Below are positions 11,189-26,379 of a DNA stretch of 64,000 bases, piece by piece. A program made the translations under genes and the position numbers. This DNA comes from Catajapyx aquilonaris (lineage: Eukaryota): NCBI GenBank assembly GCA_000934665.2, contig KZ538425.1, positions 1 to 64,000 on the forward strand, read 5' to 3'. The stretch's first letter is position 1; each line of letters begins with the position of its first letter. Below the pieces are notes generated by a model. The model saw only the letters and a program-made list of their open reading frames with translations, had not been told where the DNA came from and did no database searches.

Positions 11189-11247
11189 CTGCAACGACAT
11201 GCCGTCAGAAAATTGGCCATATTATTACACCCTCCCGTGTAACTTAC

Positions 11248-11636
<389 letters not shown>

Positions 11637-14600
11637 TCAAAATGGGACATGTCCAGGGGATTAGCGATACGATACACTCGTCCACCTGTTCCGACCACTC
11701 TGGGACATCCTGTAATTTCCTCCCCTGCACAGGAAAAGTACCAGACGGGTACGAGAAATTAGAAGATGTCTCGTTCAAACAAGCAACGGAACGAGATGGA
11801 CAGGCGTGTACACTAATATCTAATGGTTTTGTGGACACACTCGAAATTTGTTTTTTTACTTGGACTTTACATGAACAAATTATTATTTTGTCATTTTGAA
11901 ATGTTAACTGCGTTGCGCAATGATACGTGTAAATTGTTGGGCGTTCTTGGTGGCTCAGTTTGCACATGTTCTTTGATGTATAAGCAAAAATTGGCAAAAA
12001 AAAGCAGAACAACCGACCAAATATCGCCGAGTTAAAACGTTTTCCATGAAAAAAAAAAAAACATTTTCATAGAAACACTGGAATGTTTAAATGAACTAGA
12101 TCAAACAGCTACTTCAAAATTATGATTTGTAAGCAATAATTGATCACGCCGACAAAATATTACTGTGTTTGGCAACGCCTAAAGGCGGATCCTCATTGGG
12201 CATGATTTTTCACTCGCTTCCATAATTCTCAGTGCTTATCCTACAATTGGTTTTTTAATGCGTCCTTGGTGGCCACTATAGTTTACTGTTAGGCATTGCC
12301 GACGAAAGGCTTACACAGCACTGTATTTGTAACACGAATGATGGCAGTTCACCATCTCTCTTAAAACTGAACCACCAACAACGCGCTCTAAAGCATTTCT
12401 GCGAGAGTGAGTTCCTTCTGAGCAAGTGGTTCACATTGCATCTGTACAGGGTGAGGCATGATCGGAAGGAAAATTAAAGAATAACAGTAAAATAATATTG
12501 CGAACCCATCTACAACGTATCTGGTATATAAAACGAAAACCTGTCCACAGCGGAATATTTATTCGAAAGCCTGGTATGCAAAACGATCAAGAGTCGTACC
12601 TGACTGATTTAGAGGTACCGTATTTGAAGTTCGAAGATTGTATTATTTCTGATAGGAGCTTTTTCACCAGAGAATTGGATTTACCACCAGAAAGTAAGTT
12701 AGAGGAAAGTATTAAACAGTGAATAATGATATTTTGACAGAAATGTGATTCTGGTCGTTCTGAATTTCAGGCGGATGATTTTCACTAAATATGTGTTGTT
12801 GGATCGGTATCTACTCGTAACGAGATAATTTTCATTAGGGTAGTCCCTAACGGTGAAAGCTAACTTTTGCCTAATTAGATTTCAACTGAAAATTCTATAT
12901 GCTATCAGTATTCCAAAAAAATGCAACTTTTCAGCGTTACTAGTGGGATTAGAGAATTTAAAAATAACTCCTGGCTTATTGTTTTCAAAAAGTAATATTT
13001 CACTAAATAAACGTTTCTACAACACTGTTTGCACACTGTGGCAACATTTAAAATGGGGGAAATACAATGGGAAGCGGTAATTGACGCAACTCAATTACAG
13101 TAATGCCAATTTTAGTGAACAGTATGCAAATAGAAAAATATCCCATTTACTATAGAGCCAAATCATCCAACCAAAGCATTATGCCTTTATATGAAGTTTA
13201 CAAAAATTGCCAAATCGTGATATTCTGATTCTTAATGGGGCACCCTAATGATGCAAAATGTTTTTAATGTAATATAATTAGGAATAATGTCAATAAGCAT
13301 TATTGCAATATGAGCCTACACCAATCCTGAAACACATTTTACGTCGCACACTACCGATTTGTTAACTTTGTTGAACGGAGTTGATTCCACTGCAGATAGG
13401 TTTCAATGTATAATTGGTTTAAGATGTTTGTGGTCTGATCTTGCCTCATCCTTTGCACAGATCGCTGCTGATTAACTCCAAGGTCAAGGCATTAGAAGGG
13501 CAAGTTGTATCAAAGCAAATTGTGCATCAAAAATATTATTGCGCATAACTGGAGATATTCTCTTAATGTGAAGTCATACAACTGGCCCTTAATAATCACG
13601 TGCCATGCATTTGACCTGATAAAATCAGTTCACAGAAAGAATGATATTACGGAATGCCACTGGTTCACTTGTCCCGTAATCATTCGTTTTCTGGAGTAAT
13701 TTTATGCCGTATATACAGGTCTTTTATCACACTATTTTCGCTTCTCGGAGAATGAACCACCTGCGAAAGGACTTCCCTCTAGATTTAAAAAAAAAATCAC
13801 AATAAAGTGGGGCGAGCTTAGCTTAGTTGGCTGTGGTGTCATTATTTGCACTCTCAGACCAAGTGGTACGCACTAATTATACGCTAATGACAGCTTTACG
13901 TAAGTCAGGAACGCTTCAGGGTTAGTCATTAAAAATGTGCGGCGGTTATGTGATAGCTTAAGTACTGTTATAGCAAACTCCCCATGCTCGTTTGCTCCAA
14001 AAAAAAGCAGCTTCCTGTCAGCGTATAAAAGGAAATATATATATACTTCACGGAAAAAGCTATACGTACGCCAATCCAGCAATCCCACTGTGAAAGAAAA
14101 GAATCGGTGAATTGCAATATGCAGCCAATTCACTTGCACTCTCGCCCTACTTTATAATATAATTATATACACACGTGTAACAGCCTTATTAAATGACCCC
14201 ACAGAACCACAGACAAAACTCTCTGACATAATCTACATTGTCTCGCCACCGAATCCCTCCTATAGTTTCTTTTTTATATATTTTTTCTTCCTGCTGCTGC
14301 CGTTTCCTTTTTTTCCACCATTTCTCTTTTCCCAGCCTCCCTGCTGCCATCTCATCTCATCTCCGGGGGATTCGGTCCCAACCCCAAGCAAGGCTCCCCA
14401 ACCCCATCGAAGAAGGCGCGAGTGGGAATGACGCTGGGATGGCCCGGGCTGCAACCAATCGGAGACGCTCTCCATCCAACAGCAGACAAGGGGAACAAGA
14501 GAAAGATGGCCGACCCAGAGAGAGAGAAAAAAGGGGGGGAGAGAATGGTGGGGGAGAGAGAGAGAGAGGGATGTAATAATGTTCAGGATCCGGTCAGAAT

Positions 14601-17343
14601 GATGAACCGTGTCCACAGTGCTTCGCCAGCAGAAAACCTAATTCCGCTGCATGTGAAGTTGTGCTGTTTGATTTACGGACGGTGACTGGTATTAACATTG
14701 TGTTTACCAGTAACGGTGTAGTGGGTGTACTGTGCGACCGGAGGTTGGTCTAACGAGATTCGACGGATTATCATGGCCCCCCTCAATAATAACATTACCT
14801 TCCCCGTATAAAAGGGGGTAGTCAGCGATGAAGGAGACGCAATAAATGCAGCCCTTTTAGACATCACACATATTTAACCCAAATAATGATAATTTCGTAA
14901 CAAAAATCTGCTCGCATCTGTATACATAAATTTACTGACAGTCTGGCGCAATTTAGAGCTATTTCACCTGCTGGATACGAAAATATTCTCCTAAACATTC
15001 CATGAAACGTAAGCAGGAATTTGCCCCTTGCATTTAGGCAAAGTGGTGGGCAATTGAGGCTCTTAGGTTGTCTAACCGCAAGGATGAAATACAGTACCGT
15101 ATTTTAACCTTCTAAAAATTAATTATTATCCTGGTAGGTATGCAACAGCATCCTTGTATCACCCTGGAGTATAACCTGCAGGCGCACAATTCTGCGTGAC
15201 AATCACTCGATTAATATGGACAGTTGCTTCAAGGTTGTGTGCTGATGTTATACAATAAAACATTTATCAACTGAAGTACATATAAAATTTTATAATGGGG
15301 GGGGGGGCAAGTTCGCGGTAAATATAATTATATTTTTTAAAGTAATAAGCACAACTTATCCGTACAAATCGGCCATTCAATACGGAAATATAACAAGCGA
15401 TTTCTATCAGCTCAAAAATTTACAAATAAATCGCGCAAAACTTTTCTCCCGGTTCTTCCAACTTCTTCCCCCCCTCAAAAATTAGGGGAGGGCAATAAAT
15501 CTAAAACAATCTGCATAAAAGTTCGAACCATCCTCTCATTTTTAAAATTTCTTGTTAATCACCCCACAACTATCGTTTCTCATCAGGAAGAAAAATCTGG
15601 CACGTGGAATAAAATACTGCCCCCCATTCCTTGCACCTCCGGTTTTTTTTATTTTAAAGAGAGGAAAAAAACTGGAGAGCAACGAGCAAGAAACGATCGA
15701 AACGCCTTTCCCAGAAGCCAAGGATCTAACCCGATCCGAAGCCATCAGAAACTAACCGTCATAAATCACGTCAGCCTCCAATGATCACGTTAATTCTCCT
15801 TCTCCGAGAGCTAATTCCAATCCAGGAAATAGATGAAGTCTTAAGGATCTCCCAGAGTTTTTTTTTCTCTCTCTCTCTCCTTCATTCCCCCCTTCCCTTC
15901 CTCTCCTCCCTCCACTTTTCTCCCTCTCTTTTTCATTAAGTGGCATGAACCAAGGGGAGGTTAAAGGGCAAGGGTAGATGGTGGGGGAGTTAGCTGACGA
16001 TGGCCATTTGTTTCTCCTTCACCCAACTACTTCCACCTCCTGCAATTCAGAGATCAAAGATTTACGTTCCTTTCGGCCAGAATCATGCAGGGGAAGGAAT
16101 TGGCCACTCGCAAGGCGGAAAAGCCATTCTTCCCAGGGCTTCATAAGCCAATCGTGAATTGCCTACAGCCCTCTAGGGGAATATATTTAAAGAAAAAAAA
16201 ACGAGAGAAAAGGGAAAGAAGGGGGGTAAAAAAAATGAAAATGCATCGAACCAAGGGCCTTCCCCACGATAGATCTTGGGTGTAGATCCCTGAGTTTCAC
16301 CATTACCTTAATGAGTCACGGGTAGCTAGAAGGGGGGCCCCCGTTTTCTTAAACGTAATTACACGCCAAAACTTAATAGAGCCAGCAGAACTAACATTTC
16401 GAGGTAATTAAAAGGTTCAGAGTGGTCCCTATAGGAACAGACATGTCGGTGGGGGGAGAAAAGGCGGAATGAAGACGAAGAAAGGCCCCTCCCATCCGAA
16501 AAAAAATTAGCATATAGGCGTCACAATGGCGCTTCTCCAGCGGCTCGGATCGGGACTCAATTTGGTCTGGGAAGACAAAGATGCGCATATAAATGGTCCG
16601 AAACCTCCCCCACTTTTTTTTTTTACGCCGAAAAAAAAAACTCTCGGGGAGTCGGCCAAGCATAGAAAATAGCCGCTGTGATTTGTGTGTACCAGCCAAA
16701 AAAAAATAATTGGTCGGTCTCTTTTTTTTTTTAAACAAAAAGTTTGTGTTAAGCAACAACAACGAGCAACAACAAGTCCCTAGACGCGGTCGCCTTGTTC
16801 GATTAGCATCGCGCCAGGTCTTAACGCTGGTATTTGTCTACCCCCAGCCTTCCTTTTCAAGGTGGACTGCTTAAAAATTCTCCTGGGACCCGGTGTTTTT
16901 GCTCCAGAAAGCCCGGCTTCGGAAGGAGGGTTTTTTTTGCGGAGAAGGAGACGCCTCTAGCTTAAAACTGGAGGTTGCCAAATTTTGTTTTTTTAAAATA
17001 TAAAAATGAAGGGACACCACTTGCCAGGCCAATAATAATGATAATAATGTCATCAATGTTGCTTCGGTGGGAAAGTTAAGTCGCTGTAAGTTAATCCCCT
17101 TTCCAAAAAGGCGGGGGGGTTGTCCTCGGGTTTTAAGGAGGACGAGGAGAGAGAGAGAGAGAGTTGCCATGGCAACAAGGGGAGCGCACACAGTATCCGC
17201 TTCCTTGTGCGCGGTTTTTTGCGCGCGAAAAGTTGCATCAAGGAGCAACACTATACTGAACACATACAACCTTGAAGCCCTTAAAACGCACGTAAATATT
17301 CACGGATAGGAAATATGTCCGTATTAGTTGTAACTAAAATAGT

Positions 17344-17378
<35 letters not shown>

Positions 17379-17549
17379 AGGGGCGTGATTCGAGTAGACT
17401 TTTTCTCATTGGGTAGAGGCTGACGACACGATTCGAATAGGACAAACAATGGTTCTTGTCAAGTCTCATTTCCCGTTGCCAAGGAACGCGAGGAAATTAA
17501 TTACTAAAATCATACTGTTTGACGTTGGCGGATAATATAGTGAATCCGG

Positions 17550-17712
17550 AAAACCGGAAGTGGCCAGTCACCGGAAGTTGGCCATGAAACTTATTGAGGG
17601 GTCATCTGAATCCAAATCCGAAAACAGTTTGTCGCTATCTATTGCGGTTTGGACCCTGATACCTGTCCACAGACGGACGGACGGACACAACCGTTCCATA
17701 AGACTATAAAAT
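17550..17712 (+). mobile_element. Possible DINE-1/Helentron-like fragment
   Basis: ACCGGAAGT repeated twice and a (GACG)n run (CAGACGGACGGACGGACAC) near an A/T-rich end. The architecture is only reminiscent, and no second copy was seen. Confidence 0.3.
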
Positions 17713-18754
17713 TAAGCATTTGAAGTATAAACAATTTGCACTCCAGATGAATGTCTTGCACGTGGACATGAAAATTTACAATGTGACGCCTGCGAATCTC
17801 TCTAGGTGCTCAAAATATTTCGCAATCATGCTTTTCCGACAGTGTCCTATACACGCACACAACACGGGCTGCCGTTTTGTTTACACACCTGCAATTGACC
17901 TTGCACAATTTTTCTTTATCAACACGCGCATGTTGCCATGTTTACCCTTACAACAACCCTCGGGTCGAACCCCATCCCTCCCTCCCCTCACTTTCCGATA
18001 GATTCATGCGCGAAGAAAATGGCCGCTGGCTCGTCCATCAAATGGCCGCTTGTGCCCTGGGTAAGGCCAAGACTCTTGGGATTAGGGATTAGGCCCAACC
18101 CCCTCTCTCCCCATCTTCTGAACTAACCCTCACCCTCCCCTTTTCCTCCCCACACCCAACACACCCCACCTCAATCCCCCACCAACCCAACCTTCCCCTA
18201 TCCAGAAGAATGGCTGTATCCTGGGCTCAGACGCCTGCACATCCTTCATATTGATTACGTCCCGTTTGTCGTGCGGACTTACTTGCGGCTCCATGTATTA
18301 GGTGGGTTGTAGCCCCAGCAAAATCAATAACACGCCCCCCCCCCCTCCTCCCAACCCACCCACCGTCATCTCTTCCCATCCCCCCCTACCCAAAACTGCG
18401 CACGCACTCACCAACCCATAGGTTACACAAATAATATGGTCAACGACAAAGGGGGAAACAAGTGCTTTGGGCTGAGCCAATCATGAAAGGCATTAATGGG
18501 CTCTTTATTACGCTAATGGCCATGCAGCCCGGGTTGTATTCAGTCCGACGCTCTTCCCGAGGCTCAACCGGAGCGCAACAATGTTCCAGTGTTTGGATGC
18601 CGAAAATGGCGACAAACATTTTTTTTATGGGAGAAGAAAAAAAAAATACGGCGGATAATGATACAAGTAGATAGTCAGAGAGTTGAGGGAGTGATCCGGG
18701 ATTTTTTTTTTCAAAAAAAAAATAGGGCAATAATTGATCGGGGGGTTGTCTTAC

Positions 18755-18872
18755 CTTCAGAAGGATCGAGACGTTTCGCACGGCGGCCATGCTTGGAGTT
18801 GTTGTGGACGAACATGTTGTCTGACACGGACAAGAGGGGGCCGTCCACGCTCACCTGTGTCGCTATCACCAC
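18755..18872 (-). CDS. coe: COE DNA-binding domain C-terminal exon, 118 bp: [39 protein letters not shown](G/A)
   Basis: Acceptor ccgttgcag|GTG, donor GAAG|gtaaga; phase 0 in, phase 1 out. Confidence 0.97.
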
Positions 18873-21284
18873 CTGCAACGGTATCAGTTGGAAAATTGAT
18901 GGTCACTGCATTGTACAAGTATAACACTGACCAAAAAAAAGCGCATTTGACCAAAAAAAAAACTAGCTGAGTAGACAAAATGGCGACAACTTGAAGGAAT
19001 AAGGCCATTTCCATTTCCGACAGCAGCAACACATCTCTGCCTCGGAGCACAGAGTTGGGCTACTAACTACATAAGAGCGGCATGTAATCCACACGCATGT
19101 GGTTTAATTCCGCGGGCTCAAGAAAGTCCCATCTCGCGGGCTGGAAAGCGTTAGTGGCCACAATGCTAAATGTCCGGCGGTGAGTGAGTTTCCTTTTGCT
19201 GAAAGTGCAGTAGGGGGGTCCAATTGGACCAGTAATCTTAGTTGGCCGAGTTGCCGGCGTCGTGTGATTAACATGTTTGAAGTTGCGGCGGCGGAAACAC
19301 GGGGAGAGGCCACACCGAAGCGAGGCCTGCTCCACATCAAAGACCACTCCCAAAGGAAACTAACCATCTTAACGAAATTAGTCCTGCCACCCGAATACAT
19401 GGATTTAGCAAAACCTCGGGGGCTCCCTACGGGAATGCCCTTGCCATTAGGACTATTAACTCCCAGCGTCCCAAGACCATGTTCGGCGTCCCCGACCCCA
19501 AGTCACCTGGACATGATGGGAGAGAGTAAAAAAAATAAATTGTGTGTACAGGCTGGGGGTAGTGTCGGACGTCAAAACAGAAGCAAGAGGTTGACCTCTC
19601 TGGAGGTTTCTAGTTACTTGCTGACAAGGAGTATTAGTAATGCAGGAGTGTCGTGGTACCTGCTTCTCCGAATAATCAAGAGGCCCCTGAGGGGTATACA
19701 ACACGCCCAGTGTTGGTTGTGTGCGGGATGCAGTCCAGGATTTCGCATATTTACACTGTCAGGGAATCGCGATATAATCAGTGCAAAAATATTTGAAATA
19801 AATTCATATTATAATATTTTCTGCTAGGATCGGTCTTTTATTTTTGTTTGTGTCAAGAATGGCAATCTGAAGTGTCGGAAATTAGCAAGATAGATTGTAA
19901 TTTTTAATGGTGTTTCAGAGAGTGAAGTACTTGTCAAGTGCAAGGATTTTTTTTAAAACTAATGATAAGTTCAGGAAACAGAAGTGCTTTTTTTTCTGGT
20001 TCAAAGGGTTTTTTCGACGGGCGACGAAAATAGGATTATGTCAACATGAACTTTGGGTCTTACAGTAAGCTGCCTCTATATAATCCGCAATTTTTGGTTT
20101 GAAATTTGTTACAAAGGATTTAAAGGGTTCCAAAACATTTTTTGGGGGTTACTTAACAAAGGTTTTCTATTTCGTATATAAATGAAAGTAGTTCTACTAT
20201 AGTATTTCCATGCGCGGGCATTACTATAATTATTTATAATGCAAATCTGCATGAAACAGTATGCAAATTACATACTGCAGCATAAAATAGGAATTTCGTG
20301 ATATTTATTTCGCAACATTTCCTCAGTGACATATTTTGTGCCAGATGTCAGAAGCTGAAAAACTGTAAACAACGTGTGAATTCAACCAGATCGTAACTGC
20401 AATGTAGTTCTATAAGGCAACCAACAATTTCAAGCTTCACATCAATAACCGATCTATAAGTACTCAACAAAATTACAACCTCATTTTAAATGTGGACAAA
20501 AAAACTGATGGGGAAAAAAGCTGGGCTGGGGTGATGAGATTCACCCTGTAGTTTGACATTAATCAGATCTGATTTACGGGCCCCAAATCCGGATTAAATC
20601 ATTCAGTGCTTTCCGATAAATCGCAAGTGAAGCTTAAACGCGTTTTGCGAAACAATGCGAGCCAAAAACAGTGCGCTAAGTCCCAAGCTCTCTGGTTATC
20701 GCAGGCAATTAGCAAAACTCTTCAATGAGTGTGATTTCTCTTCCCGAGAGACTTTTCCGCCGCCAACATCCAGGACAAGTGCAATTACTCCCGTTAGGCT
20801 TACAATTCAGATTCCGCCTCCCACCTCCCCCCCTGTGCATCCAACTATTGTCCTTTTACGACAAGGGCTGTTTATCTTTTTACTATTATTGCCGCATGAT
20901 AATGCAGACGTAAGCCTTTAAGCCTAAATAAAGCACGGACGCAAAAACAAGAGCCAACGTAAACGTTTCCCAAATTCGCATTTGCAATGTGTAACGGCTT
21001 GCCACCTGGAAACTCTTAATGAACCCATCCAACCCGGAATAACCTCCCCAGTTTATTATTTTGAAGCTATTACAGCGCGACATGCCAGACAGTAATTGAT
21101 TAATGTGTTCCAATCGGGAGTGAAGGGAGCTTTTTGACGCAAATTACCGCCACGGAAATGCCCGCCGGGGGGCACCGCATCTCCTGGAATGGCTTACAAA
21201 CCGATGGGGAAAAAATAATAATTCAGATGACCAGTGACCTTTTCAGCCAAGAAAATCACTTTCTAAATGATTAAATTACAAACA

Positions 21285-21722
21285 AGAAAAACCCTCGCTT
21301 CGCTCGCATTTTTTTTCTTGGCCTGCGATATACGCAGGACATGTTGTTAATCGCCTTCCCCATTTACAGTCAAAGGACATCCTAGAATGCACTTCTGAAA
21401 TCTCCCACTTTTCAAGTTTCCATGAAAATGGCCTCAACAATAAGAGTAAACAGTGTCAACAAAAGGACACTGTGTACTAGTATTGTTGTGTGAGTGGGCC
21501 AATCGGAAGCGTTGCGGTAACAACATACGGCGGGCCAATCAAAAGGCTTGCACATACAACGGAAGATTCTAATATCGTAGACTATAAAAACCCTGGAGTA
21601 CCCCTCCCAGCAGCCACCAGAGGCGCTGCCTCCACACCATTGCGCAGGCGCAGAACTGAGCCAATAGGAAGCGTCGCGGTAACAACAAGATGCGGCTGAC
21701 CAATCAGAATGCTTATTCATAA
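21285..21722 (+). repeat. Unclassified dispersed repeat with an internally duplicated CCAAT-containing module
   Basis: GCCAAT.GGAAGCGT.GCGGTAACAACA...CCAATCA.AA.GCTT at 21498 and 21660; TTCGCTCGCATTTTT at 21299; both pieces recur at 50799-50929. Confidence 0.75.
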
Positions 21723-24700
21723 ACAACGAAGGATTTTTAATATAATAGATAGTAAATTATCCAGCCGAATAGGTCCAAAGTGTGCATCAGTGTCGAGATA
21801 ACGTGTCAACTCTTGCGAATCTTCCTGGAGATTGTGTCCCACCCTTTTGAGGGGGATGGGCACCATCAATATTGCGTGTTTGGGGAGAGAGGGGGGGGGG
21901 GTTGAAATAAGGCCAAAATCCTCCTCCCCCTTTCCATTGACTTGTAATCCCCCGCGAGTTATCACCGTTGGCCGGGCCCTCTAGGAAAAGGCCAAGGGGC
22001 AAGTCACCCGTGGGCATCCGTGCGTGGCTTTTGGGACTGATGCTCCTCTTAGGGAGGCTGAAGCCTTTCTCTCCCTTCTCTTGTCGACCCCCCCCTCCTT
22101 CCCTCTCCACCAAAAACTCCCTCCTCCGCCTTCCTATTATCATCTATTTCAATTTCAACCTTGTCAGAGGGAAAGGAAGCCCAGCGCTCGGGTATTTTCT
22201 CCCGTGTCAAAACCGGATGATTTGGTAAATCCAGGGGCTTTGGGCTTCATTTATAACCAGTGCTGTTCCTACCCGTCGTTTCTCCCCCCACCCAGCCCTC
22301 TCTTTTCCTACCCAGGGATCAGTGGCGAAGAGAGAAGAGATGCTGCCATGGCCATCTTGACTAATAGCGGACCTTCCTCACGTCCAAAAACCGACGTCCG
22401 CACGACATCACTCAAAGACAACAAATATTTCCCCATTGATAAATTGGGCACAATCGCGATATATAGTTGGCACAGGATGTACCGTACGTACCTCGTTCAA
22501 AAAGTATATTGTAGAGTTGAAACAATCGGGCCTGAGTGTGCATGTGTACAGAACAATCATCCTAAAACCTGCACATTATTTGTCTAAACGCCTCCAAGTT
22601 AATAACTCAAGTCAAACAACTCGCCTCCAAAAAAACAAGCCAAGACGCATAAAATGAGCAGTGAATCCCCTGCTTATTTAGACACAACAATATGTAGACA
22701 AAACGTCGTGTCGTCCGGCCCCAAATTATCACCACTCTTAACGAAACTATCGCCTTTCTTTATATATAAAAAGCCAGCGTGACACCGTGAATTAGTCTTC
22801 AGCTCTTGTGTTGTTTTTATACACATTTTTATTTCGCACCCAGAGCAAACTACAGTCATGTTTCACTCAAAGTGGGCTCTGAAAGCGACCTGGACACCCT
22901 CCAAAAACCTCATCCGGTCCTTTCCCAAGTTGAAGCCGACAGGCAAAATTGGGCACACCCTCCCTTAGTAAAATTTTTTTGTGTGTGTCACCTCCCCCCC
23001 TCCATCCTCTCACACTCTCTCTCCCAACATGAGAAACACCCCTGGATGCCAGTGGTAACCCCGACCTCTCTTCCTAACCGCCGGCATCTGGCTCGCATTC
23101 ATCCTTCCCCAATGAAATCTAATGCGGTGGAAAATGAACGACTATTTCCCGTGCAATTTGTCAGCTCTGTCGTCCTCGCCTGCTGGGCTGATGCTGGACT
23201 CCGGCGGGGTAACACACAAGCCCTGCCATGCAAAACTTTTTAAAGAGGGGGTTTATATACACTCTTTCCAGTTTTTTCCCCCGGTCTTTCACATACGTGT
23301 GTGTCTCAAGGGAGGCGTCTCCGGAATGTTCCGGAGGGGCCAGGTTATGAGCCTTACAGATTGGAAACGAGCAGCGTAACTCGCGAGTTGGAGGAACAGG
23401 TGCATGCTGATGCATACGAGATAAAGTGCGTTCTTTTCATGGATGGGAACATGGTACAGTGCTAGACATTAATAGTGCCGTACCAGATAAGTTGCTGCAC
23501 CACCCTGTGTGTGTGTATATAGTACAGTTGACGCACTGAATGCGTGTGGTGCAGGGTTCCCGAGATTAAGACTGGCAGTTATTACAGGTGGAAACTGTGC
23601 CACATAATGCCAGGTTGCTCGGAAAAAAGTGACGTCCCATAAGAGTTGATTATGGCACGGTGGCATTTTAAATATCGGATTAGCAGCAGAAAGCACTGGC
23701 ATTTATCACGGCTAATCGTTTTCATTTTTTATGCGCTGGGAAATACGGCACGTTTTTTTTTCCTCTTTTCCAAAAGTACAGTACAGCGACGCAAGTGCAG
23801 CCTGTCTGTGACCGCTTCCATTGAACTAGTCTCGAAGGCGTGCGACCAAACGGTGACCACACCTCGGAGGAATCCGCTTATTTTCTCCATCAGCTCTCCC
23901 CCAGTACTTTGCAATTTTAGAGGGGGGCCGAACTGAGGGGTTTGTTATTTTTTGGGTCCCAAAAGTTGGGTCTTGCTGTCCCCAAGGTAACCGCTGCTGC
24001 CTTGCGGTTGGGGAGACTCCGGAGACCGCAGCAGAAGGAAGCAGTTTTCTTGGGTTTCCCACCAAGAAACTCCTGGCTTGTCTTCCTTGAAAGTGCCAAC
24101 ATCCACTGCGGCGGTCATTTCTCTCGGGTTTCCCCTCCCCGGAAAACCAAAGAGGGTTGCATTTCCCTGATGCTGATGCCTGTTAGCAAATGTTTTTGGT
24201 GACCTCTTCCCCCATCCAGCTGGGGTCCAGATTGTCTTCCTGGATGATGACGGGTGGGGTCCTTTGGGGACATCTTGAGGGGGCTTCCGTGTACCGACCC
24301 CTCTCCTTTTTCGCCTTTTACTACAGCTCCCACTGGGCAGTTCAGGTGCGAGTGGACCAGGAAATCATCTGTCGTCGAGAATTTCCCAAGCTTTTGCTGC
24401 TCTCACACACTCTTTTTTTTCTCTTTCTAGAGAAGCAAGCAAGCAAGCAAGGGAGGATCAGTTTTCCCCGGGAAAAACCCAGCAGTTTCTGGTTTGTTTC
24501 GTTCTGGTCGTTTCAGCGGGATAAAACGAGCCGCCGACAGAGTCTGCCATAATCTACTGTACGTGACTGCTATTTTTTCCGCTCCAGTGTGATAGCATTT
24601 CAGGAGCCATGAGCGTTTTAGCTTAATCTGATTGCGCAAACTGACCATTTTTGCCAGCTGGTTAGTCACGGGCCTGTGTGTCCATATCCGCCAGAAACCC

Positions 24701-26052
24701 CCCCGACAAAGTTGCGGGGAACACACACAAAAGAGCCGCACTTGCTCTATAGTGTATCATGATTCTTTTTTTCCCCCCCTTTTTACCTCAATTGGTCAGT
24801 ATAGCAAGGGGTCCATCTATCCGAATAGAAGGGCTGCCAGATATCTTTCGGCCCCTGCGGTTTGCTCTGGCTGTATCTGCGAGCTCTTTCTCTCTCTCTC
24901 CTTGGGAGCCATGGGGGTCCGCTGGGGATGTTGAAGGAGACGAATCGCTCTGTCTTGCGCTTATCGGCCGCAATTGCCCCGACGGACCCCAAAAAGGAAG
25001 GATCCCCCCCCCCCCTCCCCGTCCCGCCGCAGCCAGACGACAGTAGGCCCGTCCAAAAATTATTATCCCGGGGTGAGAGAGGTGACCCCAAAGCGTGCGC
25101 CTGCATCTGCCAGAGACTTATAGCCCTTATGAGTGAGCCTAAGAAGGGATAGGAGATGTCTGTCGTCGCACAGCATGCCTAACGTCATCCCATAAGTGCG
25201 CGGTATCGCAAACCGGACAGGGGTTATTTTTCAAAAAAGCAGCTGTGTCAATAAGCAGACGTTAAGCCTGATGAATCGGCCATAATGGGACCAGATAAGG
25301 AAAGGCTGCCCTCCGATATTATTGCCCCCGAAGGCTTATCTGACACATTCGGATTCCCATCAACAAAAAGGCACAATGGCAACCATCAACTGCACCAGAA
25401 CATGAGTCAAGTTCCTGTAAACAACACTGAATCTTGCACGAATTAAATTAATTGAAAAGGGAGCAAAGAATGAGAAATCGCGTAAATTAAATCCTGCAAA
25501 TCCACCTGTACATTCGCAAACTCGAATCGGCGCAACCTGCATTTGGACCCCCCTTCTCTCTTTTTTTCCCTCCCTCCCTGATCCCCCATCCTCTCCCCTC
25601 GCCTCTTAATTAACTCGTTCGCGCTGTCTGTGACTGGAAAAGTTCCATGCCGAACCACTTGGCACGCTCTGGGCCCAGATATGAACGCTCCAGATTTATG
25701 ACTACAGGAAAATAAAGTGCATGCCGGAGCACCCTCTCTCTGAATACCGAAAGGAAAAGCTGGTGTAGGGGTGGGCGGGGGAGGATGGTGGGGGGCGGAG
25801 GCGGGTCTGTAAATTAGCGCAACACGTTCCTATTGCCCGGGTTTGCGTATATACTCCAGCGCATGCCGGACACTCTCCTGCATACGCCGGAATGTCCGCG
25901 AATATAAGCAACTTTCCTGCCGTGTCTTTAAATCACAGCAATATGAGCTAACCCAGATGCCTGAATTAATTTATGTTTAATTTTTTACACATTTATTATG
26001 AGAAAACGAGCGCAAATTCTAACAAATGCATACAGGCGTCCTACTACTACTA

Positions 26053-26379
<327 letters not shown>

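Noticed and set aside
12160..13080. AT-rich stretch with short ORFs that might be a decayed transposase
   Set aside because: Frames are interrupted and I cannot recognise a catalytic motif; it needs BLASTX.
19180..19827. 215-aa plus-strand ORF in a coe intron
   Set aside because: No recognisable motif, non-ATG start and random-looking composition.
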